Assembly (NCBI GenBank): GCA_035763745.1
Contig: DASUAO010000055.1
Location: 2,509-66,508 of the forward strand
DNA: 64,000 bases
Source of the DNA: Acidimicrobiia bacterium
GTDB lineage: Bacteria > Actinomycetota > Acidimicrobiia > IMCC26256 > PALSA-555
Direction: 5' to 3'
Below the pieces are notes generated by a model. That model did not search any database. It was not told the origin of the DNA and saw only the letters and a program-made list of their open reading frames with translations. Position 1 is the first letter of the stretch. Every line of letters begins with the position of its first letter. Below are positions 37,822 through 47,020 of this stretch, piece by piece. A program made the translations under genes and the position numbers.

Positions 37822-37946
37822 CGGTCATCGTCGCCGGACACCTGTTCGTGGATCCGACGCAGCGCGACGCGTACGTGCACGGGTGCATGGAGGTCATGCC
37901 GACGACGCGACGACGTCGGTGCTGCACAACGACCGGTTCGAGATGA
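37818..37946 (+). pseudogene. Truncated ABM-like gene relic
   Basis: The GTG overlaps the nitrobindin TGA (GTGA). The first 27 codons VTVIVAGHLFVDPTQRDAYVHGCMEVM look like an ABM-domain N-terminus. The frame then degenerates (PTTRRRRCCTTTGSR) and stops after 42 codons. Confidence 0.4.
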
Positions 37947-38063
37947 CCGTGTACCGACGTCCCGTCGCCGGAGCCCAGCCCGCCATCGGACTGACCGCGA
38001 CGTGGGACACCAACGATGCCCCCGTGGTGCTCGTTGAGGTGCGCGAGCGGTAGCCGCGTCGGC

Positions 38064-39263
38064 TCATTCCCGCTGGTGCGGCGTGGGGCGGGCGGTCCAG
38101 GCGCCGGCACCGTTGGGGACCAGCTCCCAGGTGCCGTCGTGGACGTGGTGATGGTGCAGGGAGCAGAGCAGGGTGAGGATCGACACGTCGGTCATGGCGC
38201 CGTCGATCCAGTGGACGACGTGGTGGGCGTCGCACCAGTCGGCGGGACGGTCGCAGCCCTCGGCGACACACCCGCCGTCGCGGATCACCAGCGCGCGGCG
38301 CTGGGTGGGGGTGACCAGGCGGGTGCGCCGACCGACGTCGAGGATCTCGGAGCGGCCTCGCATGATCACGCGTCCGATCGAGGCGTCGCAGGTGAGGCGC
38401 TCCAGGGTGGAGCGGGCGACGGGGCCGAGGCCGTGCAGGCTGTTGCGCACGGCGGTGATGTCTCGGATCGCGTCGCCGGTGAGGGTGTCCACGTCGACGA
38501 CGACGTCGACGTGGACCTGACGGCGGCGTCCTCCCTGGCAGAGGGCGAGCAGCGCGTCGGCGCGCCGCTGGGCGAGTGAACGCGCCGGGGTCGGCCCGTC
38601 GGTGGCGTCGGGACCGTCGAGGTGCGCTTCGAGGGCGGCGAGGAAGGTGGCGCCGGCGTCGGGGTCGAGCTCTCCGTCGATGCGGACGGTGCCCCGGAAG
38701 GTGGACGAGCAGTGGAGGCGACGCTGCTCGTGGCACTCGCGAGCGTCGGCGGTGGCGAGGCGGTCGTCGGCCAGGGTGCGCCAGTGGCGGGCCGCGTGGC
38801 GGAACGGCTCGGGCGCCAGCGTGCGCGCCGCGTCGAGGAGGGTGTCCTCGTGCGCGCCGAACACCTCCTCCCGATCGCGTGCTGCTCGGGCCAGCACCGC
38901 GACGTGCTCCACGGTGATGTCGCCCGCATCGAGCGTCTTCGCCGTCCGTTCGTGCGCATGGACCAGCCGCGCGGAGCGCACCAGCCCCGCGGCGTGGTGC
39001 TTGGTGAGCGAACCCCGATGCGCGAGCCAGGCGATCGCGCTCGGCGCCCCGTCCTCGGCCCAGGCGCCGGACGCGTCCCAGGACGCCAGTCGGGCAAGCG
39101 CCACCGACTGGAGCCGCTCCGACGCCTGGAGCAGCTCCACCAGGTCCGCCGAGCGGGCCGCGCCCGACCAACCCGCGGTGTCGACACCCGCGACCCCCTC
39201 CACCACGGTGCGCAGATCGGAGGTCGTGGCGGTCGGTTCGGGATCGAGGACGGTCGTGCGCAT
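38064..39263 (-). CDS. DUF222-domain HNH endonuclease (REP13E12-like)
   Basis: 399 aa from MRTTVLDPEP. Long helical DUF222-like N-region. C-terminal HNH domain (DGGCVAEGCDRPADWCDAHHVVHWIDGAMTDVSILTLLCSLHHHHVH). Confidence 0.85.
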   Translation of the reverse strand: MRTTVLDPEPTATTSDLRTVVEGVAGVDTAGWSGAARSADLVELLQASERLQSVALARLASWDASGAWAEDGAPSAIAWLAHRGSLTKHHAAGLVRSARLVHAHERTAKTLDAGDITVEHVAVLARAARDREEVFGAHEDTLLDAARTLAPEPFRHAARHWRTLADDRLATADARECHEQRRLHCSSTFRGTVRIDGELDPDAGATFLAALEAHLDGPDATDGPTPARSLAQRRADALLALCQGGRRRQVHVDVVVDVDTLTGDAIRDITAVRNSLHGLGPVARSTLERLTCDASIGRVIMRGRSEILDVGRRTRLVTPTQRRALVIRDGGCVAEGCDRPADWCDAHHVVHWIDGAMTDVSILTLLCSLHHHHVHDGTWELVPNGAGAWTARPTPHQRE

Positions 39264-39332
39264 GCCCCCATGCAACCAGCGGGGTGTGACAGTGACCCGG
39301 CCCGTCCCGCCGGCGCGATCCGCGCCTTCGAT

Positions 39333-40298
39333 ATGGTGCGCGGTGGAGGGCCGAGTCCTGTGGTGATCACCGACGTACTCGCGCTCGTCGGTGGGCTGGC
39401 CTGTGCGGCGATCGGCGGCGAGTTCTTCGTGCGCGGCGCGGTCGGGCTCGCGGCCTGGGCGCGGGTGCCCGCGCGAGTCGTGGCGACCACGGTCGCAGCC
39501 TTCGCCACCTCGAGTCCGGAGTTCGCGGTGTCCACCAGTGCGGCGATCGCCGGGAAGCCCGCGATCGGCCTCGGCGACGCGCTCGGGAGCAACGTCACGA
39601 ACATCGGGCTCGTGCTCGGCGTCGCGCTCCTCCTCCTCGATCTCGGTGTCGACCGCAACGAGTCCCGGCTCGACGTGACGGTGGCGTCGATCGCCCCGGT
39701 GCTGACGCTCGTCCTCGCACTCGACGGCACGGTCTCGCGAGTCGACGGTGCCATCCTGCTCGTCGCGTTCGCGTCGTGGATCGGTCAGACGGTGCGGGCC
39801 GCCCGCCGCGAGCGCCAGGGGAGTGCACGGGCCGCCGCAGCCGCAGCGCGGTTGAGCCCCCGACCATGGGTGTTCGCGCTCGTCGGGCTCGTGGCGCTGG
39901 TCGTCGCCGGCCGCCTCGTCGCGGACGGTGCCCGGGCCGCAGGGAACGCGCTGGGGCTCGACGGCTTCGTCGTGGGTGCCACCCTCGTGGCGATCGGCAC
40001 CAGCCTCCCCGAGCTGGCCACGACGCTGTCGGCGACGCGACACGGCCACCACGGGGTCGGCCTCGGGACGATCCTCGGGAGCAACATCTTCAACGGCCTG
40101 TGGATCGTGGGCGTCGCGGCGTGCATCGCGCCGATCACGGTCCGCTCCTCGGAGGTGGCCGTCGGCTTGGGCTTCGGTGTCGCCCTCGTCGCGGCGTTGT
40201 TCCCGGGCCGACGCCAGCGCCTCCGTCGGCGCCGGGGGTTCGTCCTGCTCGGGATGTACGCGGCCTACGTCGCGACGCTCGTCCTGCTGGGGCCCTGA
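39333..40298 (+). CDS. Ca2+/cation antiporter (CaCA / YrbG-like sodium-calcium exchanger family)
   Basis: 321 aa. Two alpha-repeats GDALGSNVTNIGLVLG and GTILGSNIFNGLWIVG, plus ATSSPEF / GTSLPELAT. Confidence 0.85.
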   Translation: MVRGGGPSPVVITDVLALVGGLACAAIGGEFFVRGAVGLAAWARVPARVVATTVAAFATSSPEFAVSTSAAIAGKPAIGLGDALGSNVTNIGLVLGVALLLLDLGVDRNESRLDVTVASIAPVLTLVLALDGTVSRVDGAILLVAFASWIGQTVRAARRERQGSARAAAAAARLSPRPWVFALVGLVALVVAGRLVADGARAAGNALGLDGFVVGATLVAIGTSLPELATTLSATRHGHHGVGLGTILGSNIFNGLWIVGVAACIAPITVRSSEVAVGLGFGVALVAALFPGRRQRLRRRRGFVLLGMYAAYVATLVLLGP

Positions 40299-40316
40299 TC
40301 GCGCCCGAGACGGGGT

Positions 40317-41651
40317 TCATCCCCGCACGGAGGGTCGCAACCGGGCGACGGCCCAGAGCACGACACCGCCAGCCAGCATGAGCCCCAGTCGGACGAAGAG
40401 GCCCGTCCCGCCTTCGGCGAGCGTGTAGACGAGCAACCCGGTACACGCGCCCGCACCGAGCACGGGGACGAACGTGGCGACGCGGAACGGGTCGTCGACC
40501 CGACGGCCGTCGCGGCGGGGGATCCGCCGGCGCGCGACGAGCACGGTCACGTTGACCATCGCGAAGACCGCGAGCAGCAGCGTCACCGTGGTGTCGGCGA
40601 GCTCGCGCAGGTCCCCCGTGGCCGCCAGCGTCGCGGCCATCCCCGCAACGAGGACGATCGCGATCGTCGGCGTGTGCCGTCTCCCCACGCGACCGAGGAG
40701 ACCCGGGATCGAGCGCTTCTCGGCGAGTCCGTAGATCTGACGCGAGGCGGTCGTGAGTGCGAGGAGCGCCGTGTTGGTGACGGCGACGATCGCGATCACG
40801 GCGAAGACCCGGGACGGTACGGGGATCGGCCCGGCGTCGAGTGCGTCGAGCAGCGGCGCCGAGGAGCCGGCCAGCGTCGTGGCGGGCACGAGCATCGAGA
40901 CGGAGACGGTGACACCGAGGTAGAGGAGTCCGACGACCGCGAGCCCGCCGACGAGCGCGCGCGGGAACGAGCGCCGTGGCTCGCGGACCTCCTCCGAGAG
41001 GTGCACGACGTCCTCGAAACCAAGGTACGCGAAGAACGCGAGTGCGACGGCGGCGAGGACGCCGGACGTCTCGAGCCCGCCGCGCCCCGCTTCGAGCAGC
41101 CGGCTCGGCTCGGCCTGACCCTCGACCAGCCCGGCGGCACCGGCGATGAGCACGAGCACGAGGCCGCTGACCTCGACGATCGTCAGCACCGCGTTCGCCC
41201 GGGCCGACTCGGAGATCCCGATCCAGGTGACCGCGGACAGCACGACGATCGTCCCGACCGCGACCGGGGCGACGGGCACGTCCACGAACGCGGCGAGGTA
41301 CTGGCCACCGACGGCGCGTGACACGACGGCCGCGGTCGAGATCGCGGAGGCCGCCACCACGTAGCCGACGAGGAAGGTGAGCAGGGGGCGCCCGAACGCG
41401 ATGTCGACGTAGTGGGCGGAGCCCGCGGCGTGCGGATGCCTGCTGACCAGCTCGACGTACGACAGCGCGGTCAGCGCGGCGAGCGAGAACGCGAGGAGGA
41501 ACGGGAGCCAGACCAGGCCGCCGACGTCGTCGGCCACCTCGCCGACGAGGATGTAGATGCCGGCGCCGAGGATGTCGCCGACCACGAGGATGCCGAGGAG
41601 CCCGGTCCCGAGCGCGCGTCGGAGCGGGCGCGTCGGTGCAGGGTCGACCAT
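40317..41651 (-). CDS. APC-superfamily amino acid permease
   Basis: 444 aa from MVDPAPTRPL. About 12 predicted hydrophobic segments. GILVVGDILGAGIYILVG...LSYVEL...FFAYLGFEDV. Confidence 0.82.
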   Translation of the reverse strand: MVDPAPTRPLRRALGTGLLGILVVGDILGAGIYILVGEVADDVGGLVWLPFLLAFSLAALTALSYVELVSRHPHAAGSAHYVDIAFGRPLLTFLVGYVVAASAISTAAVVSRAVGGQYLAAFVDVPVAPVAVGTIVVLSAVTWIGISESARANAVLTIVEVSGLVLVLIAGAAGLVEGQAEPSRLLEAGRGGLETSGVLAAVALAFFAYLGFEDVVHLSEEVREPRRSFPRALVGGLAVVGLLYLGVTVSVSMLVPATTLAGSSAPLLDALDAGPIPVPSRVFAVIAIVAVTNTALLALTTASRQIYGLAEKRSIPGLLGRVGRRHTPTIAIVLVAGMAATLAATGDLRELADTTVTLLLAVFAMVNVTVLVARRRIPRRDGRRVDDPFRVATFVPVLGAGACTGLLVYTLAEGGTGLFVRLGLMLAGGVVLWAVARLRPSVRG

Positions 41652-41686
41652 CGTTCCTCCCTGGGCGACGGGCTGACCGGCGCGAC

Positions 41687-42463
41687 TCAGTCGGCGAGGT
41701 CGATGACCACCGGGGTGTGGTCGGAGGGCTGCTGGCCCTTGCGGGCGTTGCGGTCGACGATCGCCCACGACACGCGGTCGATGACGGGCCTGGTCGCGAG
41801 CACGAGGTCGATGCGCATCCCGCGGTGCTGGTGGAAGTCGCCGCGGCGGTAGTCCCAGTAGCTGAACAGCTCGTCCTGGTCGTAGACCGTGCGGAACGCG
41901 TCGACGAGGCCCCAGTCCTCGAGCGCGGTGACCGCGGCCCGCTCCTCCGGCGTCACATGGGTCGATCCCTCGAACGCCTTCACCGACCAGATGTCGCGAT
42001 CCTCGGGTGCCACGTTGAAGTCGCCGAGCACCACGAGCGGGTCCGACGGCGACGCGGTGGCTTCGAGCCAGTCGTGCAGCCGCTCGAGCCACACGAGCTT
42101 GCGCTCGTAGAACTCGGTGCCCACCTCGCGACCGTTGGGCACGTACACGTTCGCGAACCGGATGCCCCCGCACGTCGCCGCGAGCAGGCGCGCCTCGCCC
42201 TCGTACGGGTCGTCGAGGTCCCCGAACCCCGACGTGACGTCCTCGAGACCGACCTTCGACAGGATCGCCACGCCGTTCCATCTCCCCTGGCCGTGGTGCG
42301 CGGCCTCGTAGCCGAGCGCCTCGAAGGTGAGCTGGGGGAACGCGTCGTCGGCGAGCTTCGTCTCCTGGAGGCAGAGCACATCGGGTTCCGCGTACCCGAG
42401 CCACTCCTCCACGCGCGGGAGACGTGCCTTGAGCGAATTGACGTTCCAGGTGGCGATGCGCAT
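41687..42463 (-). CDS. xthA: Exodeoxyribonuclease III
   Basis: MRIATWNVNSLKARL...DVLCLQETK...GDFNVAPEDRD...RIDLVL...SDHTPVVIDL. Confidence 0.92.
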   Translation of the reverse strand: MRIATWNVNSLKARLPRVEEWLGYAEPDVLCLQETKLADDAFPQLTFEALGYEAAHHGQGRWNGVAILSKVGLEDVTSGFGDLDDPYEGEARLLAATCGGIRFANVYVPNGREVGTEFYERKLVWLERLHDWLEATASPSDPLVVLGDFNVAPEDRDIWSVKAFEGSTHVTPEERAAVTALEDWGLVDAFRTVYDQDELFSYWDYRRGDFHQHRGMRIDLVLATRPVIDRVSWAIVDRNARKGQQPSDHTPVVIDLAD

Positions 42464-42499
42464 CGGCTGCAACCTACCCGGCGCATCTTGCCGGCCGAC

Positions 42500-43903
42500 C
42501 TACCGGGTCCCCGACGGATCGAGATCGCCGAGGTAGCGCGGGTTGGCCACGGTGAGCTTCGCCCGGACGAGGTCGACGACGACGGACACCACCTCGTCGC
42601 GTCGATCCTCCAGCGAGCCGTCGCGGATGCGCCGGGCGAGCTCGGCCACCAGGGTGCGCGGATCAGCGTCGCCGTCGAGGAGCGCCGCCAACCGGTCGCG
42701 CACCGGCGCATCGGCCGCCGGCCCCAGCAGCAGCTCCCGCTCGACGATCCCGAGCGCGTTCACGGCCACACGGGCATGGAAGGAGGTGCGCCCCTCCGTG
42801 GCCGGCATCACGTCCTGCTCGAGGTACTCGCGCACCGCCTCGAGCAGCTCGGCAGCCGTCGGTCGGTCCTGGAAGCCGGCCGGGGGTTCGACCGGTTGCA
42901 GGTCGGGGGCACCGTCGCTCACACGACTGCCGGCGACGAGACGCAGCACGTCCCACTCGGTCTCGGCGATGCGCCGGCCCAGGGTGGCGAGCTCCACGGA
43001 GCGCACCATGCCGCTGAGGTGGGTGAACGCCTGGCCGCCGCAGATCACGCCCCACTTCAGGGTGCCGAACGTCTCCCAGTACCGGAGGTGCTCGGGGTCG
43101 ACGGGTTCGCCGCCCGCGGCGACGTAGGCGTCGAGGAGATCGGCGACGGAGCCGAATCCGCCGACCGGTTGATCGCCGTTCCCGAAGCGCCACGAGCGCA
43201 CGCAGCACCAGCCGAGGTCCTCGACCGGGTCGCCGAGGTGCGCGAGCTCCCAGTCGAGCACCGCCCGCAGCCCGTCGGGGCCGACGACGAGGTTGCCGTT
43301 GCGGAAGTCACCGTGCACCAACCGGGGCTCCACGGGAGGTGGCGCGTGCTCCTCGAGCCAGCCCAGGACGAGCTCGAACGCGGGATGCGGCTCGCCGATC
43401 GAGTCGAGCACCCCGCGGTACTGCGCGATCTGCTCCCGAGCGCCGAGCACCGGGAGGTCGGGGAGGTCGGCGACGTCGAGCGCGTGGATGCGTGCCGCCG
43501 CGGTGCCGCACTGGCCGGCGAGCTTCGAGCGCGCGTCGGCGTACTCGTCGTCGCGCAGGATCCGGCGGGGGATCGTCTCGCCCTCGATCCGTTCCATGAC
43601 GAACCCCGATCCGAGGTCGTCGGCGGGCTCGAGGACGAACGTGGCAGCCGGGACGGCGACCCCGCCGGCGCCGGCCGCGCGGAGCAGCTCGAACTCGGTC
43701 TCGCGCGCGGATTGGCCCACTGACGCGCCCGGGTCGCGACGCAGCACGAGCTCGAGCGGCGCCCCGTCGACCGGCGTCGCGTCGAACGCCCAGGTCTCGC
43801 GGGACGCCCCGCCCGACAGGCGCACGAGGTCGCGGACCTCGACCGACGAACCGAGGTGACGGCCGACGGCCGCGGCGAGCGCCGCGGTGTCGGGCGCGCT
43901 CAC
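42500..43903 (-). CDS. Phosphotransferase (APH/choline-kinase-like) family protein with about 120-aa C-terminal extension
   Basis: LVHGDFRNGNLVV...VLDWELAHLGDPVEDLG kinase core. A helical tail follows from about residue 340 (TAAELLEAVREYLEQDV...). Confidence 0.8.
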   Translation of the reverse strand: MSAPDTAALAAAVGRHLGSSVEVRDLVRLSGGASRETWAFDATPVDGAPLELVLRRDPGASVGQSARETEFELLRAAGAGGVAVPAATFVLEPADDLGSGFVMERIEGETIPRRILRDDEYADARSKLAGQCGTAAARIHALDVADLPDLPVLGAREQIAQYRGVLDSIGEPHPAFELVLGWLEEHAPPPVEPRLVHGDFRNGNLVVGPDGLRAVLDWELAHLGDPVEDLGWCCVRSWRFGNGDQPVGGFGSVADLLDAYVAAGGEPVDPEHLRYWETFGTLKWGVICGGQAFTHLSGMVRSVELATLGRRIAETEWDVLRLVAGSRVSDGAPDLQPVEPPAGFQDRPTAAELLEAVREYLEQDVMPATEGRTSFHARVAVNALGIVERELLLGPAADAPVRDRLAALLDGDADPRTLVAELARRIRDGSLEDRRDEVVSVVVDLVRAKLTVANPRYLGDLDPSGTR

Positions 43904-44016
43904 CGGTTCCCCTCTGGGGCACGCTCCGACGGCATCGCGCGGACGCTAGCGCCGGTCCGACGTAGGCCGCGGACGCAGACGCGGTCGACGGAATCGACCG
44001 GAGTATCGTCACGCGC

Positions 44017-45882
44017 ATGAACCGACCCAAGCGGCTGGCTCGGGCGTTGGTCGGCGCCGGACTGCTGGCGCTCGCGGTGCTCGTGCCGGCAACGGCCGTC
44101 GCAGCCCCGAACGGCACGACTGGCTTCCTGGGGGTATCCGAGCAGATCACCGGGTTCGACGTGCAGCTCACGATCGAGTCGAGCGGCGAGCTCCTCGTGC
44201 AGGAGACGATCGACTACGACTTCGGCGTCCTCTCGAAGCACGGCATCTTCCGCGACATCCCGGTGCGCTTCGACTACCCGGAGAAGGCCGACACCGACCG
44301 CGTCTACCCGCTCGACGTGGTGTCGGTCCGCGCGTCGGAGGGAACGCCGGGCCAGTACACGTTGGAGACGTTCACCCAGAACGGGATCGGGTACGACCGG
44401 ATCAAGATCGGCGACCCGGACCGGACGATCACGGGCGAGCACCGCTACGAGATCACCTACCGGGTTCGAGGCGCGCTGAACGGCTTCGACGAGCACGACG
44501 AGCTGGTCTGGAACGCTGTCGGGACGCAGTGGCCCGTGATCATCGACGACGTCACCGTCGAGCTCGTCGCGCCCGCTGACATCACCGCGGTCAACTGTGC
44601 CCAGGGCTCGTTCGGGTCGAACCTGCCGTGTGACACGGCCTCCTTCGACCTCGACCTCGCGAGCTTCGCCCAGACCCAGCTCTTCCCGTTCCAGGGGCTG
44701 ACCGTCACGATCGGGCTGCCCAAGGGCGCCGTGCCCACGCCGAAGCCGATCCTGGAGGAGCGGTGGACGGTCGGGCGCGCGTTCGCCGTGAACGCAGGAA
44801 CCGTGGGCGGTGCGGCTGCGCTGGGGCTCGGTGGGTTCGGGGCGTTCCTCCTCGCGTTCGGTCGCAAGGCGCGGGACCGGCGCTACCGGGGCGGCGCCGT
44901 CGACCAGACGTTCGGGAGCGAGGGCGGTGCCGACGAGCTCACCCCCGTCTTCGCCGGTGGGACCGAGACGCCCGTCGAGTTCGAGCCGCCCGACGACCTG
45001 CGCCCCGGACAGGTCGGCACGCTCGTCGACTTCAAGGCGCACCCCCTCGACGTGACCGCGACCATCGTCGACCTCGCGGTCCGCAAGTACCTCGTCATCG
45101 AGGAGGTCGAGACGACCTCGCGGTGGCTGAAGAACGACTGGAAGCTCACCAAGCTCGACACGTCCGACGCGAAGCTCCTCGACTACGAGAAGGAGCTGCT
45201 CGCGGGGCTGTTCAAGAGCGGCGACACCGTGGAGCTGTCGGACCTCAAGCAGAAGTTCGCGACGCGCATGGCAAAGGTGCAGAAGGCCCTCACCGAGGAC
45301 GCGCAGGCGCAGGGCTGGTTCACGCGCGACCCGAGCAGCGCCAAGCTCTCGACGGGGTGCCTCGGGATCGTGGTGTTGCTCCTCGCGATCGGCGTCACGG
45401 TCGCGTTGGCGGTGTGGACGAGCCTCGGCCTCCTCGGGATCCCGCTGATCCTGCTCGGCCTGTTCTGGACGTTCAGCGCTCGCTGGGCACCGGCCCGCAC
45501 CGCGAAGGGGAGCGCGCTGCTGCGTCGGACGAACGGCTTCCGGCGGTTCATCGAGGAGTCGGAGAAGGAGCGCGCCCGCTTCGCCGAGCGCAAGAACCTG
45601 TTCTCCGAGTACCTGCCGTACGCGGTGGTCTTCGGTGCGACCGAGAAGTGGGCGAAGGCCTTCGCGGGGCTCGACGGCGAGCCGCCCGACACCAGCTACT
45701 GGTACCGGTCCAGCACGCCGTTCGAGTACGTCGCGTTCTCCCACGCGATGGACGGGTTCGCGACCACGACCGCAGGCACGCTCACGTCGACGCCGCCGTC
45801 GACCTCCGGGTCGAGCGGCTTCTCCGGCGGGGGAGGGTTCTCCGGTGGTGGCGGCGGCGGAGGTGGCGGCGGCTCATGGTGA
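44017..45882 (+). CDS. DUF2207-domain membrane protein
   Basis: 621 aa. Signal peptide, extracytoplasmic domain (YEITYRVRGALNGF...ELVWNAVG), TM helices, and a Gly-rich C-terminus (GGGFSGGGGGGGGGGSW). Confidence 0.8.
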   Translation: MNRPKRLARALVGAGLLALAVLVPATAVAAPNGTTGFLGVSEQITGFDVQLTIESSGELLVQETIDYDFGVLSKHGIFRDIPVRFDYPEKADTDRVYPLDVVSVRASEGTPGQYTLETFTQNGIGYDRIKIGDPDRTITGEHRYEITYRVRGALNGFDEHDELVWNAVGTQWPVIIDDVTVELVAPADITAVNCAQGSFGSNLPCDTASFDLDLASFAQTQLFPFQGLTVTIGLPKGAVPTPKPILEERWTVGRAFAVNAGTVGGAAALGLGGFGAFLLAFGRKARDRRYRGGAVDQTFGSEGGADELTPVFAGGTETPVEFEPPDDLRPGQVGTLVDFKAHPLDVTATIVDLAVRKYLVIEEVETTSRWLKNDWKLTKLDTSDAKLLDYEKELLAGLFKSGDTVELSDLKQKFATRMAKVQKALTEDAQAQGWFTRDPSSAKLSTGCLGIVVLLLAIGVTVALAVWTSLGLLGIPLILLGLFWTFSARWAPARTAKGSALLRRTNGFRRFIEESEKERARFAERKNLFSEYLPYAVVFGATEKWAKAFAGLDGEPPDTSYWYRSSTPFEYVAFSHAMDGFATTTAGTLTSTPPSTSGSSGFSGGGGFSGGGGGGGGGGSW

Positions 45883-45883
45883 G

Positions 45884-46897
45884 CTACGCCGCCGCGCCGA
45901 CCGGCTTGCCGTCGACGATCTGGTCGAGGTACTCGGACAGCCCGTACCCGACCCGTCCGTCGCAGCGCCATTCGGTCATGCCCTCGGAGATGCGGGTGAC
46001 GAGCTGCTCGCCGTCGGGGGTGGTGCGGCGGTTGCGCAGCGGGATCAGCGACTGCACGGTGCCCTCGATGACGTGCTCGACGTCACCGACCGATGCCACG
46101 GCGCGGATCTTCTCGTGGTACAGGTCGTCGGTGCGCCACTCGGTCTCGATCGTCGCTCCCGTGAGGTAGCGGTACGCGCCGTCCTCGAGCCACACGCCGC
46201 CGATCCGCTGCGCACCGTCGCGCGCCGTCACGATCGACACGACGAAGCCGCCGTCCTCGCCGAAGTTGCCCGTCAGCCACCGGTACCACCACGGCGACTG
46301 CCAGAACCGCGGCCCCCAGGAGTGGTCGCGCAGGCCGTACCCGTCGACGACCCACTCCTCGTCGCCCACGCGCACGGTGCCGCGCGCCCCGACGTGCTGC
46401 TCGTAGTGGCCGCGCGCGAACCCCTCGCCGGGGTTCTCGGCGATCGGGCTCCCGTCGTCGTTGACCGGCTCGCCACCCAGCATCGGGGAGATCCCGCGGT
46501 AGTCGAGGTCCACCGCGCACTCCTCCCACGGGTTCTGGGTGAACGCGGTGCGAGGGTCGGCCATCTCGAGCGGTCGCTCGAGCACGCAGATCTTCCCGTG
46601 GTAGGAGGCCCGCAGGGACTCGAACGGCTCGATGACCTCGAAGCGCATCCCGCCCGCGTCGAAGGCGTCGTTGTCGGAGATCTCGGGCCGGTGGTAGGTG
46701 AACGCGACCCTGCCGTCGGGCAGGTAGAGGCACGTCGTCATCTCGGCGTAGCCCTCGTTGGCACGGTTGCCGAGGCGGAGGAAGCCGCCGAGGCACTCGC
46801 GGGGGTCGTAGACGTTGAAGTACATGCTCTCGTTGAAGTTCGACGCTTCCTCGAGCGGGTGCAGGTACTCGTCGGACGGATCCAGGCGCAGTCGCAT
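45884..46897 (-). CDS. Conserved hypothetical protein (beta-rich; family not securely recognised)
   Basis: 337 aa from MRLRLDPSDEYLHPLEEASNFNESMYFNVYDP. Normal composition. DHSWGPRFWQSPWWYRWLTGNF. Confidence 0.65.
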   Translation of the reverse strand: MRLRLDPSDEYLHPLEEASNFNESMYFNVYDPRECLGGFLRLGNRANEGYAEMTTCLYLPDGRVAFTYHRPEISDNDAFDAGGMRFEVIEPFESLRASYHGKICVLERPLEMADPRTAFTQNPWEECAVDLDYRGISPMLGGEPVNDDGSPIAENPGEGFARGHYEQHVGARGTVRVGDEEWVVDGYGLRDHSWGPRFWQSPWWYRWLTGNFGEDGGFVVSIVTARDGAQRIGGVWLEDGAYRYLTGATIETEWRTDDLYHEKIRAVASVGDVEHVIEGTVQSLIPLRNRRTTPDGEQLVTRISEGMTEWRCDGRVGYGLSEYLDQIVDGKPVGAAA

Positions 46898-47020
46898 GGT
46901 CGAGACCCTAGGTTGTGGACGACGCGCGTGGCGGGGGAACCGGACGTGACGATCAGCGCCGGAGGCGACCAGAGCAGTCGGCGGCGCCGCAGGCGTCCCG
47001 GGCAGGGCGGGGGAGACGGC

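Noticed and set aside
41636-43723. 695-aa ORF on the plus strand (and the similar long ORFs 43900..45744, 58739..60916, 61871..63856)
   Set aside because: All lie opposite genes with strong family signatures (xthA/kinase, DUF2207, helicase, alpha-galactosidase). All have Arg/Pro/Gly-dominated translations.
45826-45879. GGC/GGT-rich run at the 3' end of the DUF2207 gene
   Set aside because: It encodes the Gly-rich tail (GGGFSGGGGGGGGGGSW) common in this family. It is a low-complexity coding repeat, not a separate element.
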